Source: Antedon mediterranea
Taxonomy: Eukaryota > Animalia > Echinodermata
Length of the DNA: 64,000 nt
Direction of reading: 5' to 3'
Assembly: GCF_964355755.1 (NCBI RefSeq)
Contig: NC_092675.1
Span: forward strand, 9,791,812 to 9,855,811
A program made the translations under genes and the position numbers. The notes below the pieces were generated by a model. It was not told the origin of the DNA, searched no databases, and saw only the letters and a program-made list of their open reading frames with translations. This document shows, piece by piece, positions 24,493 to 36,998 of this stretch (its first letter is position 1; every line of letters begins with the position of its first letter).

Positions 24493-26837
24493 CACACTTA
24501 AAACTAAAGGTGCAATAAAAGGTGCAAACCTATAAAAGGGTGCTAATTTGCGCCTTTTTCTCATAAAATGGTGCAGAGTTCATAAAAGGTTTATTTTTGC
24601 ACCTTTTATATCGAAAAATGCAGACAAGTATAAAAAGGTGCAGAACTGCACCGCAAAGGCCCAAGTAGGCCATGGTGACTGTGTGACAAATAAGACCTAT
24701 TAGATTAATGAACGCTTCTTGATATGTTTAACTTAGGGCTTCTAAAAGCTTAAAAGGTGATGATAAGGACAATTTTTTTAGAATGACATTATTGTGGTAA
24801 GTTAAAACAAAAATAAGAAAGATTAATAATAATATAGATAGGTTTGTGGGGACAAATACAAAATTCGAACAAATCTTTTTTTTACGGAACATTAGAAAGT
24901 CGCTGGCTTGTAACTGAAAATTAAAGTTTTATACCTTTAACATGATAAATTCAAAGGTTCAACTGGGCACCCTATAAGGTTTAACATCAGTTAAAAGGTG
25001 CATAATAGCACCTTTTTGTACAATTTTTGTACAATTTTCGTACCGTATGCGCACGCAAGATGTCTGTAAACAATTGTTAAAATATTGAATTTCAGAGGTT
25101 ATTTACTCTGGTTTGCTTAAGTCTAGAATAAGTAAACTTTTCTTTCATATTTAACAATATTATTAGAATATCTAATATCATAATGTAGGCATCTGTTCTA
25201 AATTTATTTGAAACAGGAATTGAACAATAATTTTAAGCGCGTGCGGTTGTTAAACATGCAGTTTGAATTGAGGAGTTTGCGCCCAAAAAATCAGGCTATA
25301 AAATTAAACTAGGGCCTAGGCTAGGCCTAGCTCCCACACCTCTCCGGTGTAGGATAGCTGTTAAAAGTAAGTAACGAAGCTTTATAGGCATGTAGTTTGG
25401 TTGTTTTTATTAGATTAATTATTGTATAGGCCTATAAGCCTAGGCTAGGCCTAAAACTTAAAAATGATAGCTAAATAAATAAATATGGCTAGCTAGAGGC
25501 CTCCTACCTAGCCTATCTAGGCGGCCTCTATTAGGCCTAGGCCTAGGCTAGGTTAAGCCTAAAGTAGGCAGTCTAGAGGCCTACTTAGCCTACAGTAGCC
25601 TTTCGGGCGGGGGCTAGTCCTAGACCAGGCCTAGCTAGCCTACTTACCTGGGTCTAGCTAGTAGGTTAGGCATAATAGGCTAGCTATGCCTAGGTTACTA
25701 GGTAGGCCTAGACCTTAAACTTAATTAAAAGCAGTCCTAGGCCTAGCTAGCCGGCTAGGCCTATAATTAATAATAGGCCTAGCTAGGCAGGCCAGGGGCC
25801 TAGTTATTAATATTAGTTATTACAGTAGCTGGGTATTATTAGGCCTAGGCCTATATTAAATTCTTATACACATTATCATTATTTTTAATTATAGTTACAG
25901 CCTACATGATGTCATGGAGGGATAAAATAAGTTTAAAACATGAAAGAGCACCTCTGCTCTAATCAGCAGCAAAAAAGATGTTCAGAAAAGGAGAAAGAAA
26001 TGTGACCACATGTACTCTAATACTCTAGTATATAATAGGGCCTACTATACTACGAGCTGAGGAAAGGGAGAGGAACATACTTTAAAGTATGTGAAGCATG
26101 TGGTCAAGGTAATTTTACTTTAAAAATCAGAACAATGTCAATAATGTATTGTATGATGTTGTCATATTAATGATAATATTAATATAATATTTTCCCTTCC
26201 TATTTCATGCTTTTTAGGAAAGTACATAATCAGGTGAAAATGTTCGGAAAAGGTGAACCAGACATCAAGAACACTGTTTCAGATATATGGGGATACGAAG
26301 AGAATACTGCCAAAGATGTCATCATTAGATAATTTTAACAATAGGCCTATTGTTGGTTTGAGAAGAGATGGCCACACTCTATTTAAGGTGCAGAGACTGG
26401 TAATTGCCATCCATTAATTCAGCAGTTGAATTGAATAATGTAATGTTTTAAAGTTGAATAAAATTATACAAAGCTTAATCAATATTTTTTGTATTTTAGT
26501 GATTTTTATTTGTGCACCTTTTTAACAGAAATTGGAATCTTAGAGGAGCATTATTGAACCTTTTATTAGGGTGTAAAGTTGCACCTTTATTTAGAGGTTG
26601 AATTTTGCTCCTTTGGGGAGCTGCTATTGTTGCATTTAGTTTGCACCTTTTAGGGTAGAAAATTACACCTTATATGGTGCAAATGTGAACTCCAAAGGAG
26701 CATTATAGCACCCTTTATCAGGGTTCAAAATTGCACCTTCCGTCAAAGGTGCAGTTGTGCACCTTAAAGGGAGCTGCTATTGTTGCATCGGTTTGCACCT
26801 TTTTAGGTAGAGATTTGCACCTTTTTTTTTTAGTGTG
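24493..26837. mobile_element. Non-autonomous CAC...GTG TIR element with TA TSD (CMC/EnSpm-like)
   Basis: Termini cacacttaaaactaaaggtgcaa / ttgcacctttttttttttagtgtg. TA duplicated at 24491-92 and 26838-39. Many subterminal AAAAGGTGCA/TGCACCTTTT repeats in both orientations at both ends. Confidence 0.8.
25310..25855. repeat. Low-complexity mosaic of TAGGCCTA/TAGGCTA/TAGCCTA/TAGCTA
   Basis: Directly visible (e.g. ttaggcctaggcctaggctaggttaagccta). No fixed period. Confidence 0.85.
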
Positions 26838-27959
26838 TAGAGTCGCGTTGCACGCGCGCGACTTAAAACACAATGTTGTAGATATGCCCTTGGAATCCGA
26901 AATTATGCCACAAATCTTTCAGTTCTTTCAGAAATTGGGCGTTTTCCGATGAAAAAACACATTGTATCTCTTTACAGATGTATTGTATGTGCATATAGAT
27001 CACGTCAATTGTACCTATCTAAAAATGTTTATGGTAACTTATAGTACTTGTGTTTTGGGGGATGTTGGCCTGTAACTGACTGTATGCCGACACGGAAGGC
27101 ATATTGAGCCTTATCAAGAATCTTATTTTTTTTAAAACATTTTGATTGTTTTATATAAAATCTCAGCCTTGCTTCAATTACTGAATTGCAAATAGATCAT
27201 AAGTGTACACGATAGCTTTCAACATCCAAATTAAGCATAATTGTTGTGATTTGGCGTACGGATGAGACTGTACTTGAATAGACTATATACATTAAGACAA
27301 ATTTTAAAATAGAAAACCTCCAATGAAGAAATGAGCTAATGACATTTAACCATAAATTTCATAATTTAAGCAACGATTAAGCGACAGATAAAAACGGCTT
27401 AAAGATTTATTTCCAACAAATAGAAGCATAAAAATCAATAATGTTCTTAGAACAAAAACTAAACTTCAAGCTGCCAGTATGCTTTTATACAACGTTACAA
27501 ATGGTCATTATATTTTCAATAAGAAACCTTGCATTTAAGAAGGCGCTTCATAATCTAGCACTACAATATCTGTCATTGCATGCACACACGACAAAGATCC
27601 TTTAATTCTACTTTATTAAACTTTTAGCTTCAGTGCTTTCTTTAATTCTCCTCCTTTATATAATATATCCGACATCCTTCATCCTAATCTTCTTTCAAAT
27701 ATTTTCTAAACAATTACCACGTCGTTCAGTTGGCCAATCAATTTTTAATTTTTTTTATTTGAAAAGATTCTAATCCTTATAATAATAACATCTAACGATA
27801 TGCGAGTTGTAATCGACATGTACGAGTGGGTTATTTTTTACTTTTCAACTTAATCTGGATACTTTAAGAGACATCTTGAAGAACTTTTATATTATATTGT
27901 TGATATTGTAGTTTTCTAATTAGACGTTGATTCTTATAAACCTATTTTATCTTTATTTC

Positions 27960-28675
27960 TTATGGCTTTTGGTTGTCATTTTGTGGTTAAAACAGTTACA
28001 GTGGGCTGTTTTGGTCTGTTGATTCTCTCGATTTCAAAAACCAGTTCTTGGTATATTTGTACCTTTTTTTCTCTCTCTGTTTATGATGTTTTGGCACGCT
28101 GGTACAGCTATGTCAACCAATGTCTATTCATGTGGGCCTACATTTCTTTACAATAGTAATATCAGGTCGATTGTGTTTTAATTTCTTATCCGTGTAAACT
28201 TTCATGTCCCAAGTAATTTGAATGTTTTTATTCTCTGTGACTGCTATTGGCTGATGGTCATACCATTTGTCAGTACATTCGATTCCATATTTTCTGCAAA
28301 TCTCCAACCAAGTGTATCCACAATGCCACCTTGTAGTGACACTTTCTATACTCTCTCTGCGCGAGCATCTTGCATCCAACGATAATATGTTTCACAGTTT
28401 CAGTAGAGTCTCCACACAATCTACATAACTGTGTTTCTGATCTGTACTGTATTTTATCGCATTCTTTCTTAAAGCTTTTTCTTGAGCAGCTAGTATCAAA
28501 CCTTCTGTATCCTTCTTCAAAAAACATTCCTAAGCCATCTCCATGAATCTCCATGTAGGGCTTTCTCTTTCCAGCCCTTGATTTTCCCCTCTTGCCACCT
28601 CTTCTGATAACCTATAAGATTTCCTTTTTCATCTAGGCCTAACACCCTCTCCCTCTCACAGCAAATTGCAGCATT
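27960..28675 (-). mobile_element. RLE-type (R4/Dong-like) non-LTR retrotransposon relic
   Basis: Frameshifted ORFs give CRLCGDSTETVKHIIVGC (CCHC finger), KWYDHQP and ITWDMKVYTDKKLKHNRPDITIV (restriction-like endonuclease PD motif). Confidence 0.85.
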
Positions 28676-28694
28676 TATTGTAGTATTTTTACTC

Positions 28695-28821
28695 TACTCT
28701 ACAGCTCACTATGTCAGTCGGTTAGTCGGATGGTTGGTCGGTCGGTTGGTCGATCAGTAAATACTAACTCAAATTTGAGCACGCGACTGAAGCGACCTGT
28801 GTATGTGTGTATGGCCTTGTT
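28695..28821 (-). mobile_element. DINE-1/HINE-like repeat
   Basis: ctacagctcactatgtc(GGTC)n...gcacgcgactg...tgtatggccttgtt, same family as 8439 and 24405. Confidence 0.65.
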
Positions 28822-29826
28822 ATTACCGTTACCGCTCGTCTGTGTAAATTGGCCTTTAGGCGGTATATATTTTAAAAGCAAACACGCAGGCGATGGATTA
28901 ATCTGGCCATCTCTTTTCTCGACCACAAACCATTCGATGGCAGTACAGTAGGTCTTTCTTCAAATTCTTCAAGTCCAAACCATTTTTTTAAACATTTTAT
29001 TGATTTATTTGTTGTCATTTTTTTTACAAATTTATTATTTCTATACTTGTAACTGTTTCGCATCGACCTTTTCACACTTCAGAGTAATAATATCGAATTG
29101 AATTACAAAATATGTACAGACACGTGTGTGCACCTTCGCTATAAATGATATTATAGTTAATGTTACTCCTAGGTGAATATGCATGAGCCTGGAAACAAAG
29201 TGAAAAGAAAAAAGTGCAACCCGTGACCTCCACCATCACAGCATATACCGTTTGTATTTATTATAGTAATGTTAATGTGTTCTCATTTTTAAAGCATTTA
29301 AAATAATAAAAATAAATGAAATATTGATCACTTTATTTCATATTCCAATTTAGCTCATTATGAAGCTGATGCATTTATATGGTTTTAGTCTACATTTGAT
29401 AGATTTTAGGGTTACAGATTAGTTTTCCTTGGTTTCACGCATGCGCATCATCACCGTAATCATCATTATCATTATAATATAACTATTACTATTACCTATT
29501 TTCATTTGAATACAATGAGATAACCATGATGTAAATGTCCGTATAACAATATCAATTGTTCCAATAAAAATCTTCTATTCATTTAAATGTAAGGAAATTC
29601 AGTAAACAGTTTTAAAAGAAAATGCTTAAATATGGAACGTTCATCATCTTGAGATGCAGCTTGACTTATAATACCAAAGTACATGGTTCAATCTTGCACA
29701 TAGTGCCCATGTTTCCTAACAGTACGGTATATCCGTCATGCAATGCGCGGGATAAAGAAACAGCAAATCTTATAGTAGATTGGTAATTGATATAATGATT
29801 GTCGGTTTGGTACTTTTCTTTTTTAA

Positions 29827-31404
29827 AGGGGGGTTCCGGGTTTAAAATGAATAGTAAAAAATGTAAAATATATTTGTTTGTCTCTTGAACGGTAAAAGTT
29901 TCAATTTATATAAGCGTCCAGTGAAGCAGAACGAAGGCTGTGAAATCAGGCCAGATTACAAGTGCAGCTACGGCAAAATCACACTGTGGTTACAAAATAG
30001 GAAATTCGTGAAATGGTCCATCTTCCGACGACTCGTTATCATAAACCATATCAATTACTTTTGTAAAATTATACTTATCTGATGTAATTTTAGTCGGTCT
30101 TCCCATTTATAAAGTCAATTTTTTATGAAAATTCATCAAAACAGTGAAAAATTAGATATGTTTGCACTTTACGTTTGCCGATTTTCGCACCGACTTAGGG
30201 AAAAATCAAAATCAATGAATCGTAACGTATACTGTACATTCCTGCTGAGGATCGAGCGAGACGACGATACACGTGCTCTCTCTGCTGCCCATGCCTGGCA
30301 TCGTCACGTGATAAGCAGATACAACAATACCAAACTGGTCGGGTCGAGTATACCCCGTCTATAATCACAACATGAACGATGTACAGTATTTGATTGAAGG
30401 TCGACTCGACCTACCGGAATGGTATAGATAATATAGCTCGAATGAGAGAGTTGGAATATTTGTGTAGTGCAGCCTATAGTAAAAGGCCTGGTAGTATCAA
30501 TTCGCATAGGGTCTACTACACTAGCTAGCTAAATTTTTAACTGGGCCGGATCGGCTAGGTCTCCTTCCTACTACCTGGTCTACTTGCTTGATGCATGAGT
30601 ATCCGCTTTTTTGGAGAGTAAACTAAACTTATTTATTTTAGGCCTACTTAGACGATCGGGACACCATACGTGTGGACGGCGATCGGACCTTGTTTTGCTT
30701 CAATATTTACAGCCGATTTTGTAGAATGTTTTAGGTTTAGATTGTTTAGGAGTTTGGTTGATAAGATGGGTTTTGTTATTTATTTATGGGCCAATCGTCT
30801 AGTAGTAGGCTAGCTAGGCCCATGGGCCCCATTGTTTTAACGTAGCCATCGTGGCATGGAATCCCTAGTCAGAATGGCTCTCGCCCATATTATTATTAGG
30901 CTAGGCCTAGAGTAGTATTGTACGTGAAGCCGATAATACGATCTGTACTATAGAGGTATAAAAATAGTATAATATGACTCCGTATCTGTACTAAATTTTG
31001 TATTTCATTAAATGTCAAATAAATATATGCTACTACTGTTATTATTACACTTTAGGCCTAGCTTAGAAAATCTACAAAAAATGTATTTCACAATGATCAC
31101 AATGGTGGTCGTCGTTTGACAGGGGAGAGAGATGTAAATTAGTTGACAAACACAACGTACATGACGTCGCGAGTTTCGAATCCACTGGTGACGTGATTTT
31201 GTGAATATCTCATGAATATTAATGAGCTTCCCTAAGCTGCTAAAAAACAGACTTTCCATGAATTTACCCTAAAATGTATATGAAATTTAATTTTTTTAAT
31301 TTCTCGTTATTACTTCTTCATTCTGAAATGTCTATATTGTTATAATATTTTTTATTTAATAAATAAACGATATTTAAATACAATTTTAAACACAGAATCC
31401 CCCT
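29827..31404. mobile_element. Kolobok-like non-autonomous element (~1.58 kb)
   Basis: TTAA at 29823-26 and 31405-08. TIRs AGGGGGGTTCCGGGTTTAAAAT / ATTTTAAACACAGAATCCCCCT. No transposase recognised. Confidence 0.75.
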
Positions 31405-32553
31405 TTAAGAACAAATGACATGTTCGTATCAGACGCAACGTGATAACCATATTATGTGTTTTCTTATTGTATTTGTAATGTATTCCTTCGTTGTTTATGC
31501 TTTTATCTTTGAGCAATGAAGGAAACCTTAAAGCACGTAATAAACATGTATGAACAGCAAAGCAAACGTAAGACATTTTACTAATCTCATTTAAATCCTT
31601 TTACCTGAGATTTTCATAATTAGAAAACACATTTAATATGTTTACTTCTGTTGGAAATTACACAATTCTGTTACTTAAACCATCTCTTAATTACTGAGTT
31701 ACAGCATGCTTTTAGATGTATGAGGATAAATGAATTATTGAAATAAACATATACAAATTAAATAGAGTGTGGTTATAATAATGGATTATCGAATAAGACA
31801 AGAAGATACTGGGCGGCTTTTATTTAGTTAGTTAAGTCTATAAAATAAGTTTAACAAATACAAGACCAAAACTTCCTTAGTGTTGAAATCAGACATATTG
31901 TATAATGTATACACTTTGAAACCACTATAACAGCGCTTACCCCTTCATGTAACTTAAAGATACAACCATAAAACGTCCGGAAACATTGTCCATTCTGTCC
32001 GCGACATTTCTAATTGTTGTCTCAGCTTAAAATTACAAAACCAACAAAAAACAGAACTAACGACACACGGTCACATTAATGGTTGTCCCCTGAATGAATT
32101 TGGTCGTGGTTAAACATATAGGCTCGTAATTAAATATTCATTTTCGATGTATTATAAATTTAGGCCTGCAATATTTGCTTTCGCCACATACTTCCGATAG
32201 CACTGAAGTAGTGTATAATCTCACCCACTGGTGACAGCCGGAATAGCTTGAAACAGAAGCAATTTCTGAATACTATTTACAACAAGGGAATGGATTCAAA
32301 TAATGCACTGATGTCAAATATATCGACAATGTTTTACATAGGTCTACAGATAGAATAACCTGCACATTAATCTGATCGACTTGTATATGTTCTATGTACT
32401 TGAAATGTGTTCTATCGTGTAACAAAAAATACAATACAATTTTATGTACAGTATGGATACTTTTATGTATGTATTATTTATATATATTATATACCATATT
32501 CACACAATGTTAAGCTACAAATATATGACGTTTAAATTCACTTGTTATTATAG

Positions 32554-32687
32554 AACAAAGAAACTGTTCACACCTGGAAACATGCTGATCATAAATCTGG
32601 CCGTTAGTGATCTAAATATGGTGATTACCCAGTTTCCAGCCATGTTTATTACCAGTGTAGTTGGCAAATGGTTATACGGAGACGTAG
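32554..32687 (+). CDS. opn4: Opsin coding exon 2 (CL1, TM2, EL1)
   Basis: Acceptor ttattatag|a. Encodes TKKLFTPGNMLIINLAVSDLNMVITQFPAMFITSVVGKWLYGDV(G). Donor g|gtaag at 32688. 134 nt, phases 2/1 match both neighbouring exons. Confidence 0.92.
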
Positions 32688-33599
32688 GTAAGACAAGTCA
32701 TTTTGTATAACATCGTTAATGTGTGACCATGATATATTGTGTGTTAACATTATAGTATAACATCTGACGCATTTGACGAAAATATTCAAAGCTTATTCCT
32801 ATTCTTTCGATTACGTTTAATTTTCAGTAATTACCGTACATATTTGATGGTAAATGTGCCTTTTGGCAAATTTGATAGCAATGTAAATTAGTGGAGTTAG
32901 TGATGATAAAAATGCATAATCATGTCACCAATCCATGCAGAAGTTTGTAATAGCGTGTACATCAAAACTTCTACCAATTTGGTAGAAGTTTTGAAGTAAT
33001 AATTATCAAAGACATCCATGCGATTTCTAAATTAAAGTGAACTTGAAATTGAATAATAAATAGAAACAGGTCTTCATTTTCATATCAAATCAATTAAGAG
33101 GATGGATTGAATTCATTGCTAATGTGAACCGGAAAACATGGTTTTACGTACTCTGATGACTAAACGACTGCTCATTATCCAGTGAAATACGACAAATTAT
33201 TGCGCATGCCTGAGTAGGCCTTTGTAGGCTTTCTAGTTGCAAATTCTTGAGCTTGTTGAAGGCGGCAACTTAATAAAAGAAGATGTAGTTTAGTTTTTAA
33301 ATAAGAATTATATAATGCAGTTTATGTAACACCTAAATAAATCCATGTCATTTCAGTGGACAATTATGGGTCACATGGCGTGCAATAGTACGTACTAGTT
33401 AATGATCGTTTAATAGTAACAAATAAAATCTTTCGCGTACGGAAAATATTTTAAAAACATTACTTTATAAATCAGCCGCCTATTTTGTACTTCCGCCGCG
33501 ATGATAAAGTGTGATACGGATCCGAGGCGATTCGGCCCGAGACGATTCGGTACGGGACGATTCGGCCCACTTTTGGTCATGATATTGGCAAAGTTGATA

Positions 33600-35000
33600 T
33601 AATTATTATAATATAAAAATAATGAATGTTTTTGAGTGTAATTGTAAAAATAATGGCATTCACCAAATGCCATTAACACGAATATAAAACATTCATTAAT
33701 TGTTTTATTTAACATCTAAATAGATTCCTGTCATTTGAATCAAATAAAAAGTAGGCCTAGCCAAGGCCTATATTTGATTTACATTAATTAAAACAGTAAC
33801 ATTTGGTTTTTAATAATTATATTGAATATTATTATTTATATGGATGTTATAAACGCACCGCACTGTAGTGTTAATTATGTCAACAAACGACCAAACAATT
33901 ATCCTATGCCTAGCAAGGCTAAAACGCCTAGGCCTAATAATACTAACAGGCTTGGCTCAGCTAGGCTGTAGCTGAATACAAAACTTCGACCGGAAACTGA
34001 ACTCATATATAGGCTAATTATTTTTCTAACCATTCCACCTCTTGTAGGGATGTCCCCTTAATTAATCAAAATCCTAAAAATTATCTAAGGCTAATTTAAA
34101 AGCCTTTTTGAATGAAATTAGTACATATAGGCACATATCTCTCCAAATCGTACACAAATATTTTCTGCTGGTGTTTACAAACAAAATGCTGTTGTATTTT
34201 ACAGTAATTTGTACACTAGATTTTTTTTTTCATCCGCGAAACGTTTTAAAAAATGTTGAAAAAGTACCGTTAAACGATCGTTTAATAGTGCACGCCATGT
34301 GTCCCAATCGTCAAATCAAATTATAGAAATTAATTTAGGTGTTATATAAAATAAATTATGGCCTCGGGCCGAATCGTCTCAGAGCAGAAGCTTCCCGCTA
34401 CCTGCGTATCGCGACGAAAGTACATTTTTAAAGAGATATAAATGTAGGCCTAGACCTACTAATTTAGACCAAAAAAGACATTCAAATTAATTTTAGATCG
34501 TAATGTGATTTTAATTAATTTATTAATTAATGGGAACATCGCTACAAGACGTGGAATCAGTTTTATTTGCCTATCGAAGTTTCGTAATGGTATCGCTGTC
34601 TTTCTAGCCTAGCTTGGACTAGGATTGTTTGCTCGTTTGTTGGCAAACATAATTAACACTACTTTAGGTGTGTTTATAAAATACAAATAAATATAATATG
34701 TAATATATCATATATCGTAAGTCACGTCACTAATAATTACTTTCAGGTGTTATTATAGTGATATTTCTTGAGTTAGTCGAAATTTGCTTATACTTAACTC
34801 TATAGGTAAATAGCTTGTGATAGGGTTGCCATGGCATTTTTCGTATACAAAATAAAGATTTCAATGTTTGAATGTGCCTCTTTGTCAAAGCGGCCCGGTC
34901 TTCCCTAGGCCTATCTTTTATTGAATCTGATTCAATTGACAGGAATCTATTTAGATGTTATATAATAAAAATAATGAATGTTTTATATTCATGGAATGGT
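33600..35000. repeat. Large imperfect inverted repeat (33600-34110 vs 34440-35000)
   Basis: Three blocks recur in reverse complement and reverse order: aacatctaaatagattcctgtca, gtagtgttaattatgt..caacaaacga and attccac.tcttgtag.gatgt. Confidence 0.7.
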
Positions 35001-35269
35001 ACGAATAATGTCATTCTGTGAATGATGAAAGGTTAAAATAAATAACAAATAATAGTAAGAATTATAACCATTCATCATTCACTTCATAGCATTATTTGTA
35101 CCATTCCACCACTCATTCATTATAAATAATATCGATTGAATCTAACACGTATAAGCATTCAACTGCATCGAGATCAACATGCATTATCTCCTTATTTTCA
35201 AAATACGGCTGCATCATAAACGACCAATCTTCATTTTGTCAATAGTTTTTGTGACTCTAATATTAACCC

Positions 35270-35948
35270 TCATGGGTTACTATTAGAGTAGTGGGTTATT
35301 ATTATAGATTGACTTATAAGGTGGGTTACTATTAGAAGAGGGCTTACTACAGAGTGTGGGTTACTATTAGAAGAGGGCTTACTACAGAGTGTGGGTTACT
35401 ATTAGAAGAGGGCTTACTACTAGAGTGTGGGTTACTATTAGAAGAGGGCTTACTACTAGAGTGTGGGTTACTATTAGAAGAGGGCTTACTACTGGAGTGT
35501 GGGTTACTATTAGAAGAGGGCTTACTACTAAAGTGTGCGTTACTATTAGATGAGGGCTTACTAGAGTGTGGGTTAGGCCTACTCTTAGAAGAGGGCTTAC
35601 TACAAGAGTGTGGGTAACTATTAGAAGAGGGCTTACTACTAGAGTGTGGGTTACTATTAGAAGAGGGCTTACTACTAGAGTGTGGGTTACTATTAGAAGA
35701 GGGCTTAGTACTAGAGTGTGGATTACTATTAGAAGAGGGCTTACTACAGAGTGTGGGTTACTATATTAGAAGAGGGCTTACTACTAGAGTGTGGGTTACT
35801 ATTAGAAGAGGGCTTACTACTAGAGTGTGGGTTACTATTAAAAGAGGGCTTACTACTAGTGTGGGTTACTATTAGAAGAGGGCTTACTACTAGAGTGTGG
35901 GTTACTATTAAAAGAGGGCTTACTACTAGAGTGTGGGTTACTATTAAA
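35270..35948. repeat. 36-bp minisatellite (dimer of related 18-mers), ~18 copies
   Basis: Unit gagtgtgggttactatta-gaagagggcttactacta. Explains the ECGLLLEEGLLL and VWVTIRRGLTTR ORFs. Confidence 0.95.
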
Positions 35949-36106
35949 AGATTGACGGTTTGTATTATCTGTAGTGTTGTATTATTCAAATGGATTGGTG
36001 GTGAAAAAAAAAATGAAAACAAGAACGAACCTTTTCTTTTGTAGTTTATTGTACAACTATGGAAACGCTTATAATGTAGGTCTAGTAAAATAAAACTGTA
36101 AACCTA

Positions 36107-36721
36107 ATACATTATGAAAAACACAGTATCGTTTGAATATGACATACTCTATAGGCCTAAGTACAATCATTAGGGCGCTAATGTAAAGTTTCGTAGGCAA
36201 CTCTTAAAATTACTCAAAATTGTTTCAATGCTTCACCCAACGTAGGCCTACTTACGGGTTGTCTACTGTAAGCATACAATTGTAAAAAAAACAATTGTTT
36301 AGTTTAGGCCTATAACTATTTTTATAATATATAATATATATAAAAAATAAGTAATTCAAATCAGAAATCCATCGCTAGCCTAGCTTCGTGAAAATCATCG
36401 CTACGCCTGGATACATTATGACAAACACAATATCGTTTGAATATGACATACTCTTTATAGTAGGCCTACGTACAATCATTAGGGCGCCAATGTAAAGTTT
36501 CGTAGGCACGGCAACTCTTAAAATTACTCAAAATTGTTTCAATGCTTCATCCAACGTAGGCCTACTTACGGGTTGTCTACAACATCCTGTAAGCATACAA
36601 CTGTAAAAAAGATATTTTTTTAAATTTAGGCCTATAACTATTTTATATATAAAAAATAAGTAATTCAAATCAGAAATCCATCGCTAGCCTAGCATTGTGA
36701 AAATCATCGCTATGCCGGGAA
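36107..36721. repeat. ~305-bp tandem duplication (2 copies)
   Basis: atacattatga.aaacaca.tatcgtttgaatatgacatactc ... aaaatcatcgcta.gcc.gg begins at 36107 and again at ~36411. Confidence 0.9.
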
Positions 36722-36998
36722 TGGAAAAAACAATGAAGGCCATAAACATGTGGAGTACCGTGTGCGCTCGTTCGCCTAGTTGTATTGGTGTTATTTTAAA
36801 ATTTATTTTATAGAAAAATTAAAACCGCTTTAAAATTGAAATCAAAAAATATTTATTTACTACTACATTGTAATATACATAACAGTGATACTTATTATCC
36901 GTTCACCGACTAGCGAGTCTTACAATAACAACTCACTTTCCCTTACTCAAATTATAATATAGATTGAGGATTATTTCAATATTTTTTTTTCTTTTTAG

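Larger units (their letters stand above)
24405..26868 (+). mobile_element. DINE-1/HINE-like repeat split by a 2.3-kb TIR element
   Basis: 5' part aacaaggccatatacatggc...(GACC)n...catagtcagctgTA (24405-24492). 3' part TAgagtcgcgttgcacgcgcgcgacttaaaa (26838-26868) carries the terminal hairpin. Confidence 0.7.

Noticed and set aside
35354-36044. Leu/Glu-rich repetitive ORFs
   Set aside because: Translations of the 36-bp minisatellite inside an intron.
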